The notes beneath the pieces were generated by a model, which saw only the letters and a list, made by a program, of their open reading frames with translations, was not told the origin of the DNA and searched no databases. A DNA stretch of 43,433 nucleotides from the NCBI GenBank assembly GCA_024409165.1, contig JAKSUE010000001.1:1-43433 (forward strand). Direction: 5' to 3'. This document shows, one piece after another, positions 1-14,200 of the stretch (position 1 is the stretch's first letter; every line of letters starts with the position of its first letter). The DNA comes from an archaeon. Its GTDB lineage: Archaea > Methanobacteriota > Methanobacteria > Methanobacteriales > Methanobacteriaceae. The position numbers were made by a program, and so were the translations under genes.

Positions 1-261
1 AATCTAAATAGAAAAAAAAACAAAAAAAATAAATTGTAAATTTTTAAATAAGAAGAAAAAAAATGAGAAAAAATAAAAATAAATATAAATCTGAATTTTT
101 AATTACATCAAATAAAGGCTTTCAGTATATAATTAATGATGAATTACGAAATATGATTAATGACGGAAATTTTGATAAAATAGAATTGGAAAGATGAGAA
201 CAAAAAGCAGGATTAGATATTGTTATTGAAATGAGAACTGAACTAAAGGAAATAAAATAAA

Positions 262-621
262 ATGAAATTACACACTATTAAATTTACAGAAAAAGAAATA
301 AATGAATTATTTAAATTAGTATTAAAATACAGTTTATCAAATTCTTTATATGTCAAATTGAAAAAACATGTAAAAGAACCTGAATTAATATATGATGAAA
401 GTGGAACTATAATTGGTGAAATTAATGATATCACTGAAGATGATGAAAAAGTTGAAAATAGACATAAATTTATAGATGAATCTATTGAAAGCAATGCAGA
501 TGGAGTTTTTTGAAATTTAGAAAAAATGGAAGAATTAATAGGAACAGATGCTACAAATGATTTTGTAGATTCAATCTTAAGAGATAGACGAATGAGGAAA
601 TATAATAAATGGCCCCATTAG
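262..621 (+). CDS. Hypothetical protein (119 aa)
   Basis: AAGGA RBS upstream; reads through TGA at 511-513 to TAG at 619-621. Confidence 0.7.
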
Positions 622-1205
622 ATTGAAGAAAACAATATGCAATAAAGGCAAAACACGATAAAGAATATTCGTGAATTCCTGATATTCCAGGAATTTATCT
701 TTGAACAAGATATGATGAAAAACATAATAAAACATATTTTTATATAGGACAGGCTAAAAATCTAAAAAATAGACACTTTGATTATTATCAATTACAATGT
801 GGTTTAACTTATCCTGGAAGACATTTTGAAGCTAGCCTTAAAGCACACAAAGATTGAAAATATGAAATATTAGAAAAATGTCCAAGAGATGTCCAAGATA
901 TAAAACATTGATTAAATACTAGAGAAGCATTTTTAATTGATGAATATATGTCAAAGGATAATTATATTACTAGAAATGATTCACTTACTGGAAGAGATGT
1001 AGTTACTTCAAATAAAAAACGTATTGATAAAATTGAAGCTGCACAAAAAACAGAATTAAAAAAATTATTAAATAGACTTGATTTTAAAGTTGATAATAAT
1101 TTAATAATAATTAAAATTAAAAAAAACAAAGATGGAACAAATAATAAAGTAAGTGAAGGAGCAATGACTGAATTTACTAAATGATTAGAGGAGATAAGTA
1201 AATAA
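609..1205 (+). CDS. GIY-YIG endonuclease (198 aa)
   Basis: Code-4 translation PGIYLW...FYIGQAKNLKNRH shows GIY, YIG and the conserved Arg; a later Glu lies in KYREAFLI. Confidence 0.85.
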
Positions 1206-1353
1206 TGAAATTGAAAGAAATATGCCGTCAATTAGATAATTATGGAATTAAATATATTAATCCAAAAGAAGTTTTAGCAGTTTATTGAAATCACAATGAT
1301 TTAGAAATTATGTTTAAAGATGGAAAAAAATTAATACATAAGGAGAATTAATA

Positions 1354-2283
1354 ATGTCAAGACCAATTAAACAAACAGTAGAAGAAACATTAGAAAATCG
1401 TAAATTGGCAGTTTTACGCGGTCAATTACAAGGAATCGTTACAAAATTATCAAAATATGATTTGGCGCGCGATATGGTTATTAATGAACCTTGAAAAAGA
1501 TATGTACTTAAAAATTCAAAAATAAAGTCAACAGAAGAAAATAGTGCAATATATTTAATAGCTGATGTTCATTTTAGAAATCATCGTTTAGATACTCAAC
1601 ATACAATCAATACATTTCAAACAATTAAAGATGACATTGATAAACATTCATTTAAAAATGTAACAATATGTTTTTTAGGTGATGATATTGAAGGTTTAAT
1701 ACACCGCAGCACTAGTAATACTAGAGCCGTTATTCCAATGAGAGATTTTATAAATATTGCTATTGAATGTTTAAATCAAATATCAAATTTAAAAGCTGTT
1801 TATTATGTTGATAAGGCAAATCATAGTCAAACTAGACCTGGTGAAACTGAAGCTAATCAGTTACCAGACGAAGATCTTGGAATATTATCAGCTAGATGTT
1901 TAGAACTTGGATTAAATCCAAAAATAAAATTTGATCACGGTGAAATTGTATATTTTAAACATTTAAATAAAGTTATAGCATTATATCATGGAAATCAAAA
2001 ATGAGCAAGTAAAGGTAAAACAAATATTATTAATAAGCTCATGGCGAAGAATCCAATCACTCCTAATGAGTTTCCTGATATAAGTATTAGTGGACATTTT
2101 CATAAGTGAATGGATGATGAAGTATTTGGTTATAAAAGAATGGTTTCATGTCCTGCCGCAAAACATTGAGCAGGTGATTATGAAAATAATATGAATTTTT
2201 ACTCATCAAATCAAATTACACGTTTAACATTTGAATATGATACACCGCAATTTTTAACTATTAAAATTAAAGGAGATAAATAA
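1354..2283 (+). CDS. Calcineurin-like metallophosphoesterase (309 aa)
   Basis: Motifs IADVH, LGDDIEG, ANH, YHG and SGHFH; AAGGAG RBS. Confidence 0.85.
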
Positions 2284-2391
2284 TGGAAAAAAATAAAGAA
2301 CCTTCATGAATGTATAAACCGTACAGTCAATTAACTAAAGAAGAAATTAGACAATTTAATAAATACATTAGGTTTAAGGAAAAAAATAAAA

Positions 2392-2682
2392 ATGAGACTA
2401 ATTGAAATTAAAACTGATAAAAAAATTACAACTACTAAATTTAAAACAGAAATTATAAATCACGAAATCAATGGAGTAAAATGAAGTAAAGAAGTAAAAA
2501 CTGGAATTCCAGATTCTATGCATACATCATATGAAATTTATTGAATTCCAGTAGATAAAATAACACAATTAAAAAGATTAGATGATAATTGCTGAATCAA
2601 TGACATTAAAGTTAATCCTAAAGAATTTGATAGAATTAAAGCTGAACTAGAAAGTTATTGATTAAGTAAAGAACATGAATAG
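2392..2682 (+). CDS. Hypothetical protein (96 aa)
   Basis: Open in code 4 with several TGA-Trp codons; AAGGA upstream. Confidence 0.6.
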
Positions 2683-2710
2683 TATAATATAAATAAAAGG
2701 AGAAATAATT

Positions 2711-2917
2711 ATGGATAAACAAAATCAATTAGAAAATAAACAAATGTTATTAAAAAATATGGAAGCTGCAATGTCAGCATATCAAAATATGTATTGAGCT
2801 TTTAAAAATGCAGAATTTGAAAAAGACGTACAAATTAAAGATTTAGCTACAAAAATTGAAGCTTTAAAGAAAGAAATTGAAGAAGAAAATAAAAAAACAG
2901 AAAGTAAAAAGAAATAA
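2711..2917 (+). CDS. Small coiled-coil protein (68 aa)
   Basis: AAGGAG RBS; K/E-rich heptads; stop overlaps the polymerase start (TAATG). Confidence 0.65.
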
Positions 2918-4776
2918 TGCAAAATTATAATCTAATCTTTTATGACTTTGAAATAAAAAAAGACTGATGATGTTGTACATTCTTAGAAAATGAAGAATAT
3001 ATTACAATATCAAATAGAGTTGATTTGATGAATTATATCTTAAGAAAACAAGAAAATTCAGTATTTATTGGTTATAATAATCATCATTTTGACAATTATT
3101 GTTTAAAAGCAATTTGATATGACATTAATCCTTATAAAATAGTTGACTGAGTAATTAAAGAAGGAAATAAACCTTGATTATTGCCAGAATTAAAATATAA
3201 GAAAAATGTAAATATTTATTCTTTTGATTTAATGAGAGCATTAGGTGTAATGGCACCACCGTTAAAAGAAATTGAAGGTAATTTAGGATTAGACATTATT
3301 TTCGATAAAACTATCACTGAAGAAAAAGAAGAAGGATTAACAAAAGAAGAAATTGAAAAAATAATTTCTTATAATAAACACGACGTTTTTACAACAAAAA
3401 AATTATTTGAAATAATTAGATATGAATATGATGCAATGATGTTATTAATTGACCATTATATGTTACCGATGTCTACATTATCAAAAAGTAAAGCGTCAAT
3501 GTTAGAAACAATATATAGAAATAATTTAAAAGAACCATCAAAAAAATCTTCATTTAAATACAAAGCACCTTCATTTATTAAATTATATGATGAACAAGTT
3601 AAAAATGCAATGGAAACTTTTGAATTTACAGAAGATAATGATTTTGATGCAACATTTGAATTTAATGGAGAAAAGTTTGTAATAAAAAGAGGAGGAGCTC
3701 ATTATGCTCTTAAAAATCTTTTTAAAAAATTAAATGAACATTGTATATTAGTTACTGCAGACTTTGGATCATTTTATCCTAATATGGCAGCTAATAAAAC
3801 AAATCCTGAACTTCGTTATATTGATGAATCTTTAGATTGAAATTTATTTAGTGATATGATTCAACTTAGAATGAAAGAAAAACTAAATAAAACAAAATTA
3901 TCTGAAGCATTAAAAATTCCATTAAATGGTGCTTATGGTAAGCTTATTGATAAATTTAGTAAATTATATAATTGACCAGCTGGATTATCAATTTGTTTAA
4001 CTGGACAATTAATTACAATTATGATTTGTCAAGAATTAGAGCACCGAAAAGTTGGTAAATTAGTAAACGTTAACACTGATGGTTTTTATTATTTAATTGA
4101 TTCAAAAGAAAAATTAAATGAATTTGAAAAAATCATGAAAGATTTTGAGTTAAAAACTGGAATAACATTTAGTTATAATATCATAGACAGTGGAATTTTT
4201 GCTCAAAAGGACGTAAATAACTATATAATATATGATAAGAAGAATAATAAAATCAAAACAAAAGGTGGAATGGTTAATCGTTATAACACTGATCGTATTT
4301 GATATCAATATTCTCAAGCAATTGTTGATGAAGCCGTAGTTAATAAACTTGCATTTAATAAACCAATTAGAGATACCATAATGGAAGCTTACGAAAAAAA
4401 CGAAGCTATCAAATTTCAAATTATCTCAAATATGAGAGGTAAAAATTGAGAAGGTTGTTATTTGTGTTGATCTAAAGATGAAGAAGAGTTTATTAATCAA
4501 ACAATGACTAAATCACAATTGACTAAAAAAATTAAAGAAGTTACAAAAACAGAACCTACTGAAAAAATAACAAGATGTTTTGCAGTGGCGGATAAATCAA
4601 AACCTAGATTAGGTAAATTAAAAGAAGCGACATATCATAAGTTTGCAAATACACCAAACCATATTTATATGTATAACAAAGATTTAAAAGACTTTGATGT
4701 ACGTAAAATTGGATTAGATATTGAATGATACTGTAAACTTGCACAAAAAAGAGTTGAAGCTTTCTTAGGAAAGTAG
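2917..4776 (+). CDS. Family B-type DNA polymerase with 3'-5' exonuclease (619 aa)
   Basis: ExoI YDFE, ExoII GYNNHHFD, ExoIII YNKHD; polymerase motifs DFGSFYPN, KIPLNGAYG and NTDG. Confidence 0.93.
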
Positions 4777-4786
4777 AAAGGTAAAT

Positions 4787-6784
4787 ATGTTCAAAGGATT
4801 TAAAAATCAAAGATATGCTAAATTTAAGATAAGTTTGGATGAAAACGGTAAAAAAACAAAGAAAAGAATTTCATCTAATACATTTTCATTAGAAGATATA
4901 TCTCAATGACAAGAAGACGGCGCTGCTTATGGAATGATAGTTCCTGAAGGTTGTGTAGTTCTTGATTCTGATACAAAAGAAGAAGGAGATATAATTATTA
5001 ATTGTATTAGAGAAAAACGTATTAAATGTTTTATTTCTAAATCATCAAAAGGTTATCATTTTTATTTTAGAATTCCACAAGGAATGAAAATTAAATCTAA
5101 CTCTGACAGACATTTACCATTAGGTTTAGTAGATATTGATTTTAAAACAGGTCAAAGTACTAACTGTATTATTGAATATAGAGATAATCAATGAAGTGAT
5201 TGAATTATTGAACCTGTAAAAGATACTTTAGATCCTTATCAAGATTTAGATCCATTACCTTTTTGATTATATCCTTTAAAAGAAAGAGATAGAATTGTAA
5301 CTTACCGTGGTTTAGGAGAAGGAGACGGTCGTAATGATTTATTAAATTCTCTTAGAACTAAAATGGTTGACCAATATCAATATTCTCAATCAGATATTAT
5401 TGAATTATTTAAATTAATTAATCAATATGTATTTAAAGATCCATTACCTGAAAGTGAACTTAACACTGTTTCTACATTTAGAGAAATAGATCGTAAAAAT
5501 AAAGATGATCGCTGATTTGATAGTAAGAAGTTTTTACATAATGAATTAGGTGAATATTTAATAAAGATGATGTATTGTTTTAAAGATGATCAAAGACGCG
5601 TATGATTCTTTAATGATAAATTCTATTCGCCAGATGATTATGTACTTCAAGAAAAATTAGTAGAGACTGCACCGCAACTTACAACTCATCAAAGACAAGA
5701 AGTGTTGAACTATGTAAGTTTGGCAAAGATTAAATCAAATGTTATGCCATCACAATATCATAATTGAGTGTGTTGTAATAATGTACTTGTTGACGGTGAA
5801 ACAGGAAATATTTTAGGACATACACCACAAATATTTTGTAAGAATATGTTAGAAGTAGATTATGATCCTGATGCATATGATGAACATGTTAATAAATTCT
5901 TAAATGAAGTATTGGTTGAAAAAGGTGATATTGGACAGAGACTGCGTTTTGAAGAGTTTTTAGGTTATACAATATTCTGTAAAGAAAATATTTTCAAGAA
6001 AATGTTATTATGTATTGGAACTAATTCTTATAATGGTAAATCAACATTATTTGCCATGGTTAAATCACTATTTAATAGTAATAATTATTCATCTGTACAT
6101 ATCAATGAAATTAATGAAAAGAACATACATGTAATTCCGTCATTAGTAGATAAAATTGCTAACTTTGATGATGAAGCACCTACAAATTTAGATGATAGTG
6201 CAGTTAGTTATTTAAAAACAATTATATCAAATAAGAATGAAATTACTGTAAACCCTAAATATAAGAATCCTTTTCAAACATTCATTACTGCTAAATTGTG
6301 AGTAAATAGTAATCATATTATTAAAACACCTCAAAAAGGTGAAGAATGAATGAGACGTTTATTAATTTTATCATTTAATAATGTATTTATTGGACCAAAA
6401 CAAGATAAACATATTCTTGATAAATTAATAACACCAAAAGCAAAATCATATTTATTTAATTTAGCGTTAATAGGTTGACAAAGATTATTAAAACAAAATG
6501 ATTTCACAGAATCTGCAGAATCAAATAAATGAGTTAAACAATATCGTATTGAAAATGATAGCGCATTTAATTTCTTATTTACTAAACGTTATACATTACA
6601 ACAATTCTGCGGTAAAAATTTATTATTAAAACAGACATATATTGATTATAAGACATATTGTGAAGATAGTGATATGAAATCTATGAGTTTAACAAACTTT
6701 GGAAAACGACTTGTCGAATATTTTGATAATCGCTTAACAATTGTAATTGAAGATAATAATTGAATAATTAAAGAAGTAAAATAA
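4787..6784 (+). CDS. Primase-helicase (Prim-Pol/AEP-like N-terminus, PriCT-like, D5/P4-type SF3 helicase; 665 aa)
   Basis: VLDSD and KGYHFYF primase motifs, GEGDGRND, Walker A GTNSYNGKST, Walker B FDDE, motif C NSN, arginine finger MRRL. Confidence 0.92.
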
Positions 6785-6877
6785 CACTCTATTCATCATT
6801 AGAACATTAATATATAGATACGTATATAAATATATTAGTAATTAAAAAAATAATGATTAGAAGTAATGAGGTGTATT

Positions 6878-6908
6878 AAAAAAGAGGTTTTTAAGGCCTC
6901 TTCTTTTA
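6878..6908. terminator. Bidirectional intrinsic terminator between the convergent arms
   Basis: A-tract, AAGAGG...CCTCTT stem, then T-tract, between the primase stop and the tail gene stop. Confidence 0.7.
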
Positions 6909-6918
6909 TTTTTTATAT

Positions 6919-9900
6919 TTATTCTAATAATGACAGTGGCAGAGTATAATCAATTTCTGTGTTATTAGTTACTAATTGATTAAAATTTGTCGTATCAAAG
7001 TTAACTTTAAATACTCTTATCATTTGTTTACATTTCATCTTAAATCAATTAATAAACATTTGTTGAGAGAATATCATTGTTGAACCAAGCATCTTGTCTC
7101 TTAAATATGTATCAACATAGAAGTCTTTATTATTAAAATTACAGTGAATAATATTAAATTTCTTTCTATTTAAATAATCTTTAAATAAGCATTCAGATTT
7201 ATAGAAATATCCGTTAGTAGATATATCGTCTCATATTTCACGTTTTGCTATGTTTGTGATTGTAAATGTTTTAAATAATTCATATCCTTTTTCTTCAGGT
7301 TGAGAAGGATAAGATGGAGAATAAATCAATGAACCAGTAGTAAAACCTGATGGGTTAAGAGAAGTTGGAGCACTGTACATATTTGATAATGTACCTCTTC
7401 AACTATTTTCTCATTTAGCATCCATTTGTTTAATTGCATTTTCTAAACCAATACCGCTAAATATTCCTGTTACAAGTCCTTCTATTCCACCACTAATAGC
7501 ACCCGCTGAAACAAAATCGCCAAGTAATTCTTCTGCTGGTGCCAAGCTTGCTCCACCTATTATTCCACTTCCTACACTTCCAAGCGCATTACCAAATACA
7601 TTATAAGGTAAATTAACACGTGCTCAATCTTGATCAATATTTTTAGCGTTTTTAGATGTATCTTGAGTAGCTATATTACTTTGTAATCAATTTTGATAAG
7701 ATTCAGTGGTTGATGGAAATTGAATCATGTCTGTAGAAATTAATTCTATAGTTGATCTTGTTCATGGGTATAAATTATTTTTAATTTGATCTATATCTAA
7801 TTTATAACCTGTATGAGAAGTCATATTAACATTTAATCTCACTTTTCAATTATCATTCATAAATTTATTAAAGTCTATCATATTAGGAGTTAAAATAATT
7901 TTATGTAATCCATCAATATAATATATTCATTGTCAGAATGCTGGAGCATATAATAATGGTTCATTTTCAATTACATTTAATTTTTCTAATTCCTGTTCTT
8001 CTTCATCTTTTTCAATTGTTAATAATTTATAAATGTCATTAAAGAATTTAGTACCACCAATTACAGGCTTATCTTCATTAATATTAGTGCTTTGAGGAGA
8101 TATTGCAATGTTTACAGGAATATAACTAAAATCATGTAAAATTACTGGCATTGCATCTATTTCTTCAGTAGATAAATAAACAGTATAATAAGGAGAAGTA
8201 GGTCAACTTGATTCTCTATATATTTTTCCTTTTTCTGGAATTATTTTTGTTATATCTGGAACTACTTCAATATTATCTGTTGTTCCTAATACTGTTCAAT
8301 TTTCTTTTACGTGACTCATTAAAGTATAATTTAATTTTCCAGGTTCACTAGTACTTTCAATTTTTACTTTTTGATTAAATCATAAAAATACTCCACTAGG
8401 ATTACTTCCTGCTCATAATTCGCTTAATTGTCAAGTTTCTCCTGTTTTTGGATCTTCTTTTGCAACTCATTCTAAATCTGTTTTTGCATAACAATAAGTA
8501 GTATTTTCAACGTGAGTACCATTGACAATAAATAAATCATATTGATCAGGATCTGTTCATGTACGATGTTCTGCTCAAGCGTCAGGATTAACGTGTCCAT
8601 CTGTTGTATAAATATTATTAAATTCTTGAGTTCTTCAAATTCCAGTAGATCTTCCACCTGCTAATCCAGTTGCTGAAAGTTTAAAAGAAGATAATGAAAC
8701 TGGACAACTTAAATTTATTGAAGTATATTTTATATCTCTAATTGTTAGTTTGTCTCCTAGTGTTTGTTCTTGTACTTCTTGATTATTAAATCTTCTTAAT
8801 GCCAAAGATAAAACATGAGGAGGTAAATCATTTATTAGCATTCCTAATACAGAACCATTACCTATTAAAAATCCTTTATCTGTAGAATTTAATCAAAATA
8901 AATAATCTCTTTCTTGAGTTCCTTTTGGAAAAGGAATTATACAAACAGTTTCTCCAGAAATATAATCAGTATAACTTTTTAGTTCACCATTATCATTTAT
9001 TACACCGTGAACCTTTTCTAATTTAATAGCACCATTTCTTTTTTGAGTATGTTCACCATCAAATTCACCAGAAGGCAAAGTAAAATTACCTATTTTTAGT
9101 ACATAATATCTATATTTACCATTTGAATTAAATAATTTTTCATCAAATAATGGAAACGCGACTGATTTTAATGAAGAATAACCATTTGGTAATGAAGATA
9201 ATTGTACTTGACCACCGTCTTCTTGTTCATCGTCTGGTACATTAATATTTAAACTTGATGTTACATAACCACTATCACGTGTTCATTTTAATCAAACATT
9301 ATTGTATCATTCGTCAGAAGTCATTTCTTCAGTTTTTCCAGAATTGATTCATAATCAATCTTGTAACGTTAAATTTTCTTCATCAGGATCTCTAATTAAT
9401 TGATATATATAATTACCAGTTTGCATTAAATATGGCATTTGTAAATAATCTAATCAAAAATGTTCTGAAGTAGAAGTTAATTTAAAGAATCGATTACACA
9501 TCTTACGAAGGAAAAGAAACTTCTCTGTACAATCATTTTGAGTCAATCAATACTTCATTTTGCAACCAAAAGTAGCTCAACAATCTAATTCACATATAAT
9601 AGAATAAGAAATTGAATCATAATTTGGATCACTTGTTTGATTAATTTTTGTAGCATAAAAATATTGAGGAATTTCTTTTCCAGAAGAATCTACTAATTTT
9701 AAAAAGATAGTTTTATTTTGATTAAGTTCTTCAAGACCAAGTTCAATTTTTAAAACATCAATTGTGTTCTTTTCAATACGAATATTTTCTTCATAATGTC
9801 AAGAATATTTATCACCATAATTTTCTCTCAAATAATCTTCAATGTCATTAACGTCAGGATAATTTTCACCTTCATTAGTTCAATAATGAATAAATTTATT

Positions 9901-9963
9901 TGATATTGTATTTAAGTCTACTGTTGGTTTATATAAATATACTTTTCATTCTTTAAGTTGCAT
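6919..9963 (-). CDS. Large tail protein, phi29 gp9/tail-knob-like (1014 aa)
   Basis: Three track fragments share one frame in code 4. N-terminal YFYATKI...CELDCWATF resembles the FYAFV...FEIDVLQTW segment of phi29-type tail proteins; Gly/Ala-rich stretch near the C-terminus. Confidence 0.6.
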
Positions 9964-9972
9964 AGGTTCCTC

Positions 9973-10341
9973 CTATCTTAACAACACTTCAATGTGATGA
10001 ATATGTTCTTTATCTGTATCAGGAAATTGTCATATATTAATAATTTTTAATAATGTAGGATAGTTATTAATAGGACCACTAATAATTTTAATAGTGTCTC
10101 CTACTGCGAATTTAGGTACTTGTTCTTCTTTTCCATCTACTTCAGATATACGACAATCAAAGTACAATTTAAAGTTTGCATAGCTTGATTGTTGGTCACC
10201 TGTTGGAAAGAAAACAAAACCCACGGACAGTCTTACCTTGTCAAGTGTATGATAAACTGGTTTGTCTAACAATAACTTTTTAGGGCATCACTCAACAGTG
10301 TGAGTAAGTATTCTTCTATCCATTGGTTTTTGTCTAGGCAT
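9973..10341 (-). CDS. Putative head-closure protein (122 aa)
   Basis: Follows the adaptor; LTHTV N-terminus and HHIEVLL C-terminus resemble A118-type head-completion proteins. Confidence 0.6.
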
Positions 10342-10343
10342 TA

Positions 10344-10844
10344 TTATTCTCCTTCATCTAAATCTTCATGCATTGCTCTACGTCACTCCCTTTTAAATCC
10401 AGGGATGTAGTAATCTCATAGTTTAAGTTTATCTGTTAAACTTGCATATAATCATCCAAGTGAATCAAAGATGTCGTAGGCAGCTGGACATAGAGCTCTA
10501 AATGTTCTTTCTATGTTGAACTTATTCATTGGACCTTGAGTATATTGACCGACACCGAAACTCGTATCGGTATTTAATCAACCATTATCTCAAGTAATAT
10601 CATTATCATGAATAAATCTAATTTGTTCAGCAATTGCTTCTATTACGTCAGGTAAGAAACGCGGTTTAAGGTAGCTTAATTGAAAATGAGATGTAGGAAC
10701 TAAATGACTTTGTGGAACGCACTTTAAAATCAATTTCATAGCTTGACGTTGTGTACGTCTAAACCATTGAGGTTCTACAGTCTCTGAAGTTCAAGGCTTA
10801 TTTAATGCTAAACAATATTCTTGATACGTAATAACATTAGCCAT
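10344..10844 (-). CDS. Putative head-tail adaptor (166 aa)
   Basis: ITYQEY...AIAEQIRF...SFGVG...LCPAAYDIFDSLGWLY pattern typical of adaptors. Confidence 0.65.
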
Positions 10845-10847
10845 TAA

Positions 10848-11006
10848 TTATTCACCTTCTTTTTCTTCTAAACAATTATCAATTCATTCTGCTCATTCAA
10901 TTAAATCACATTTATCATTTTTATTTAAATCTAATTTTTCTTGAACTTTTGGTTTTTTAGCAGCTCATTTCATTAAAGCGCTTAATATTTTTAATAATAA
11001 ATTCAT
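10848..11006 (-). CDS. Small protein with amphipathic N-terminus (52 aa)
   Basis: AGGAGG RBS; MNLLLKILSALMKWAAKK. Confidence 0.6.
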
Positions 11007-11007
11007 A

Positions 11008-11283
11008 TTATTCTTCCTCCTTAACATCTTTAACAATGTCTAATTTGTGATATTTTTTACTAAATCTTTCACCTGTTTTTTTAAGATCAGGTCTCATTTT
11101 AACTTTTTCATCAAGTACGGTGTCTGCTCATCCAGCACCATAATTTAATAACTCAGCTTGAGCTTTATTTCTCTTTTTTAGTTTTTTATTTTGTTTAATT
11201 AAATGTCCAATCCAAGCGATTAAAGCAGTTACAATAGGAGCAACTACTGAGCTAATTATAGCAATGATAACTTCTTGGCTCAT
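11008..11283 (-). CDS. Single-TM membrane protein, holin/lysis candidate (91 aa)
   Basis: Hydrophobic VIIAIISSVVAPIVTALIAWIGHLI followed by a basic stretch. Confidence 0.55.
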
Positions 11284-11299
11284 AAATTATCTATTATCC

Positions 11300-14200
11300 T
11301 TACTCGTATATATAACTACATCAGTTAAATTCATTAGTTGGAGTATCAGGTACGGCACCACCTTTTCGTGTTCCGGCAAACGCATCTTTTAAACAATCTG
11401 TTGGACTAAGATCTTTATTTTTTGCATATAAGAATTTTTTATATCAAGGGTGATCTAATTCTTCCTCTGTTGAAAGTTCTGCACAATTATAGAACATACG
11501 TTCACAAGAGTGTGCTGCAAATGTATCTGGATTTACAATTGGTGCTCTAGTCAATAATGGACATCTTTCGAACATTCCTCAGTAACAATAAGGTTTTAAT
11601 TTTTTAGCAGGCAATTCTAATTCTTTTGCAATTGTCAATGCTTCACAACTTCCGAATAATTTATAAAAGCAATAATCGTTTAATACAGGCTCCTCATAAA
11701 GTGTTTTGTAATTAAGCATACTCATTATATTTCCAGAAATTTCAAGTTTACCAGATGAACGGAAAGTAATATAATCAGAATCAGAAGTATTCAATGTATC
11801 ATTTGTATTTCTTATACAAACTTTTTGACCATTTAATAATGTTATTTTTTGATCTGCCTCTAAAGTTTTTCAAACAGTTCCATCATAAGAATATTGAATT
11901 CCAGAATCATCTACGTCACCATATGAGTAGAATCAAAGTTGTGAACCGTTTTCTTTAGAAGTAAAAATAAGACCATCATAATCTATACTTGGATCATGAG
12001 AACCTCAAACATATTCGTTGTTAGCTCATACTAAATGATATACTTTAGATTTGTCTGCTGGAATTTCAGGAACTGGACATTTTTCAATAACATCTACCAC
12101 TAAATCAGTATCTTCTGATGCTGTATATGTAGCATAAAATTCGCCCATATCAACTATTAGTGTTCAAATTTCAGGTGTTTCTTTTACTACTTTTGCTTGT
12201 AAAGAAGGATATTTGTGTAAAGTTTCAATTCCTGTTACATCGTCTCTTTCTATATAAACTAATGAAACTGTTTTGTAATTTAAAATTTCTTGACATCAAT
12301 CAATTACTGCTGTTTTGTCAAAGACAGGAACTTTTCTTCCTTTTATTTCTTGACTCATATCACTTGATAGTTGTATTTTTGCAATTCTATTGATTGCTTC
12401 TGATAATACTTTATTTTGAACTGGAGCTTTAGATGTACCATTTAATTGATCATCTGGTCTAACATTAAACTTATGATATTGACCATTGCTATAAATTGCT
12501 TGTTCTAAATATGTAACTCCTTTATCATCTCTTACAATCAAAGAACCAGGCATTCATTCATATTCTTCTGGAGAGTGTACTTTTTTAGTATAAATAATAA
12601 AGTTGGCATCTTCTTCATCATCTGCTTCAACAATACGATTTGCCGTACATCAATCTATAAAATTGTGATATGGTTCTGCTGTATTGAAATTATAATTATC
12701 TCTATTATTTAGTATTACTCTATTTTCAGTTGTATCAAAAGTAATGTTTGCTGATTCTGAATCTTCAACTTTCATATAAGAATAATCAGCAACTTCATCC
12801 AATGTTACTCCAATAGGTAATAAAATATTTTGTCCTAATGGATCTTCACCATCTTCTACACAATATAAAGTTGCTTCTGCTTCTGTTTCAACTTGATACA
12901 TAAAGTCATGCAAACTTGAAACTCCAAAATATCAAGGGTTCATTACACCGAAAGGAATCTTGATTTCAATTCCTGCTGCAGGTACTGAAACTATGTGCAT
13001 AGCGCTATCTAAATCATATGAATAGTTTACCGGAGCTCCTCTATATGAATCTACTATTTTATAATATCTAGTAGTTCCTACTTCTCCTCTATCTATTAAT
13101 TCTGCAGATGCTTTAACAGGTGCTTTCTTAATATATAATTTGCCTTCTTCACCAGTTGCTGGATATTCAGATACAATTTTTATAGATTCTGTTGGTTCTG
13201 ATCCTCCAATGTCTGATAAACCCATAGTTCCACTTACACCACTTGAAGTAATACGAACACTAATATCAGTTGCTTGTATATCTTCTTCATTAATTGACGT
13301 AGAAGAACCGTTAAAATTAAAACCTCCGCCTTCTCCTCTAACATCTGTCATGTTTGGTAAAAGTATAGAATAATTTGCAACTGCAACTCCGCCAAACGTC
13401 AATTGAATATTAGCTATAACATTTGGTAATCTTCCTTTTTCATCAAAGAAATCTTCAATATCGGAATATGGATTATCTCCTGTAAATGTAATTTCTTTTT
13501 CAATAAATGGATCACTATATTCTACACTACCATTTAATACAAATATTGGATCACTTGCAGAATCTGTTTTTACAGTTAATACTCAAGATAATGTACTTTC
13601 TGTAATAGTAATATTCTTAATCATAAATGCACCAGATTCAACACCTACGTGACTATAACCAAGACTTCCAGTTACATGTCCATCATCATTTAAGTAATAT
13701 TTTTCATTATCAAATAGAATATAAGATAATGTACTTTCTTTTAATGCAGCTAATTGTTCTTCTGTAATTGTACCACTTGTTGCAGTAGATGGAGCACTAA
13801 TAACTACTTCTTTAGCATGTAAAGAAATTTGTACTTTATCATTTGTTTCATTTAAGTCAACAGATACTTCATCACTACCTTCAAGTAAGTCCGCTAGATC
13901 TTCTGGAGTAATTTCTCCACCTGATCCAGAACCTACATTAGCAATTTTTTGTCATAAATTTAAATTATATCTATAAATACCTTTTTCAGTATCACCAGAA
14001 TCTTGAAGTAAAACAAAAATTTGACCATTGTATTCTCCACTAGGAAGACTATTTCCTGATGGTAATGTATCAAGTTTTAAATCAGATTGTGTTTTATTTC
14101 CTTTTAAATCAACACCATTAATAGATGGAATGTTATCTAAATCTTCATAATCATCAATAATGTCATCTTCAGCTGCGATACCTAAATCAGACAATGATTT

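Noticed and set aside
2917-6784. Apparent pseudogenes or frameshifts in PolB and primase
   Set aside because: The fragments are in one frame and separated only by TGA; they are intact genes in code 4.
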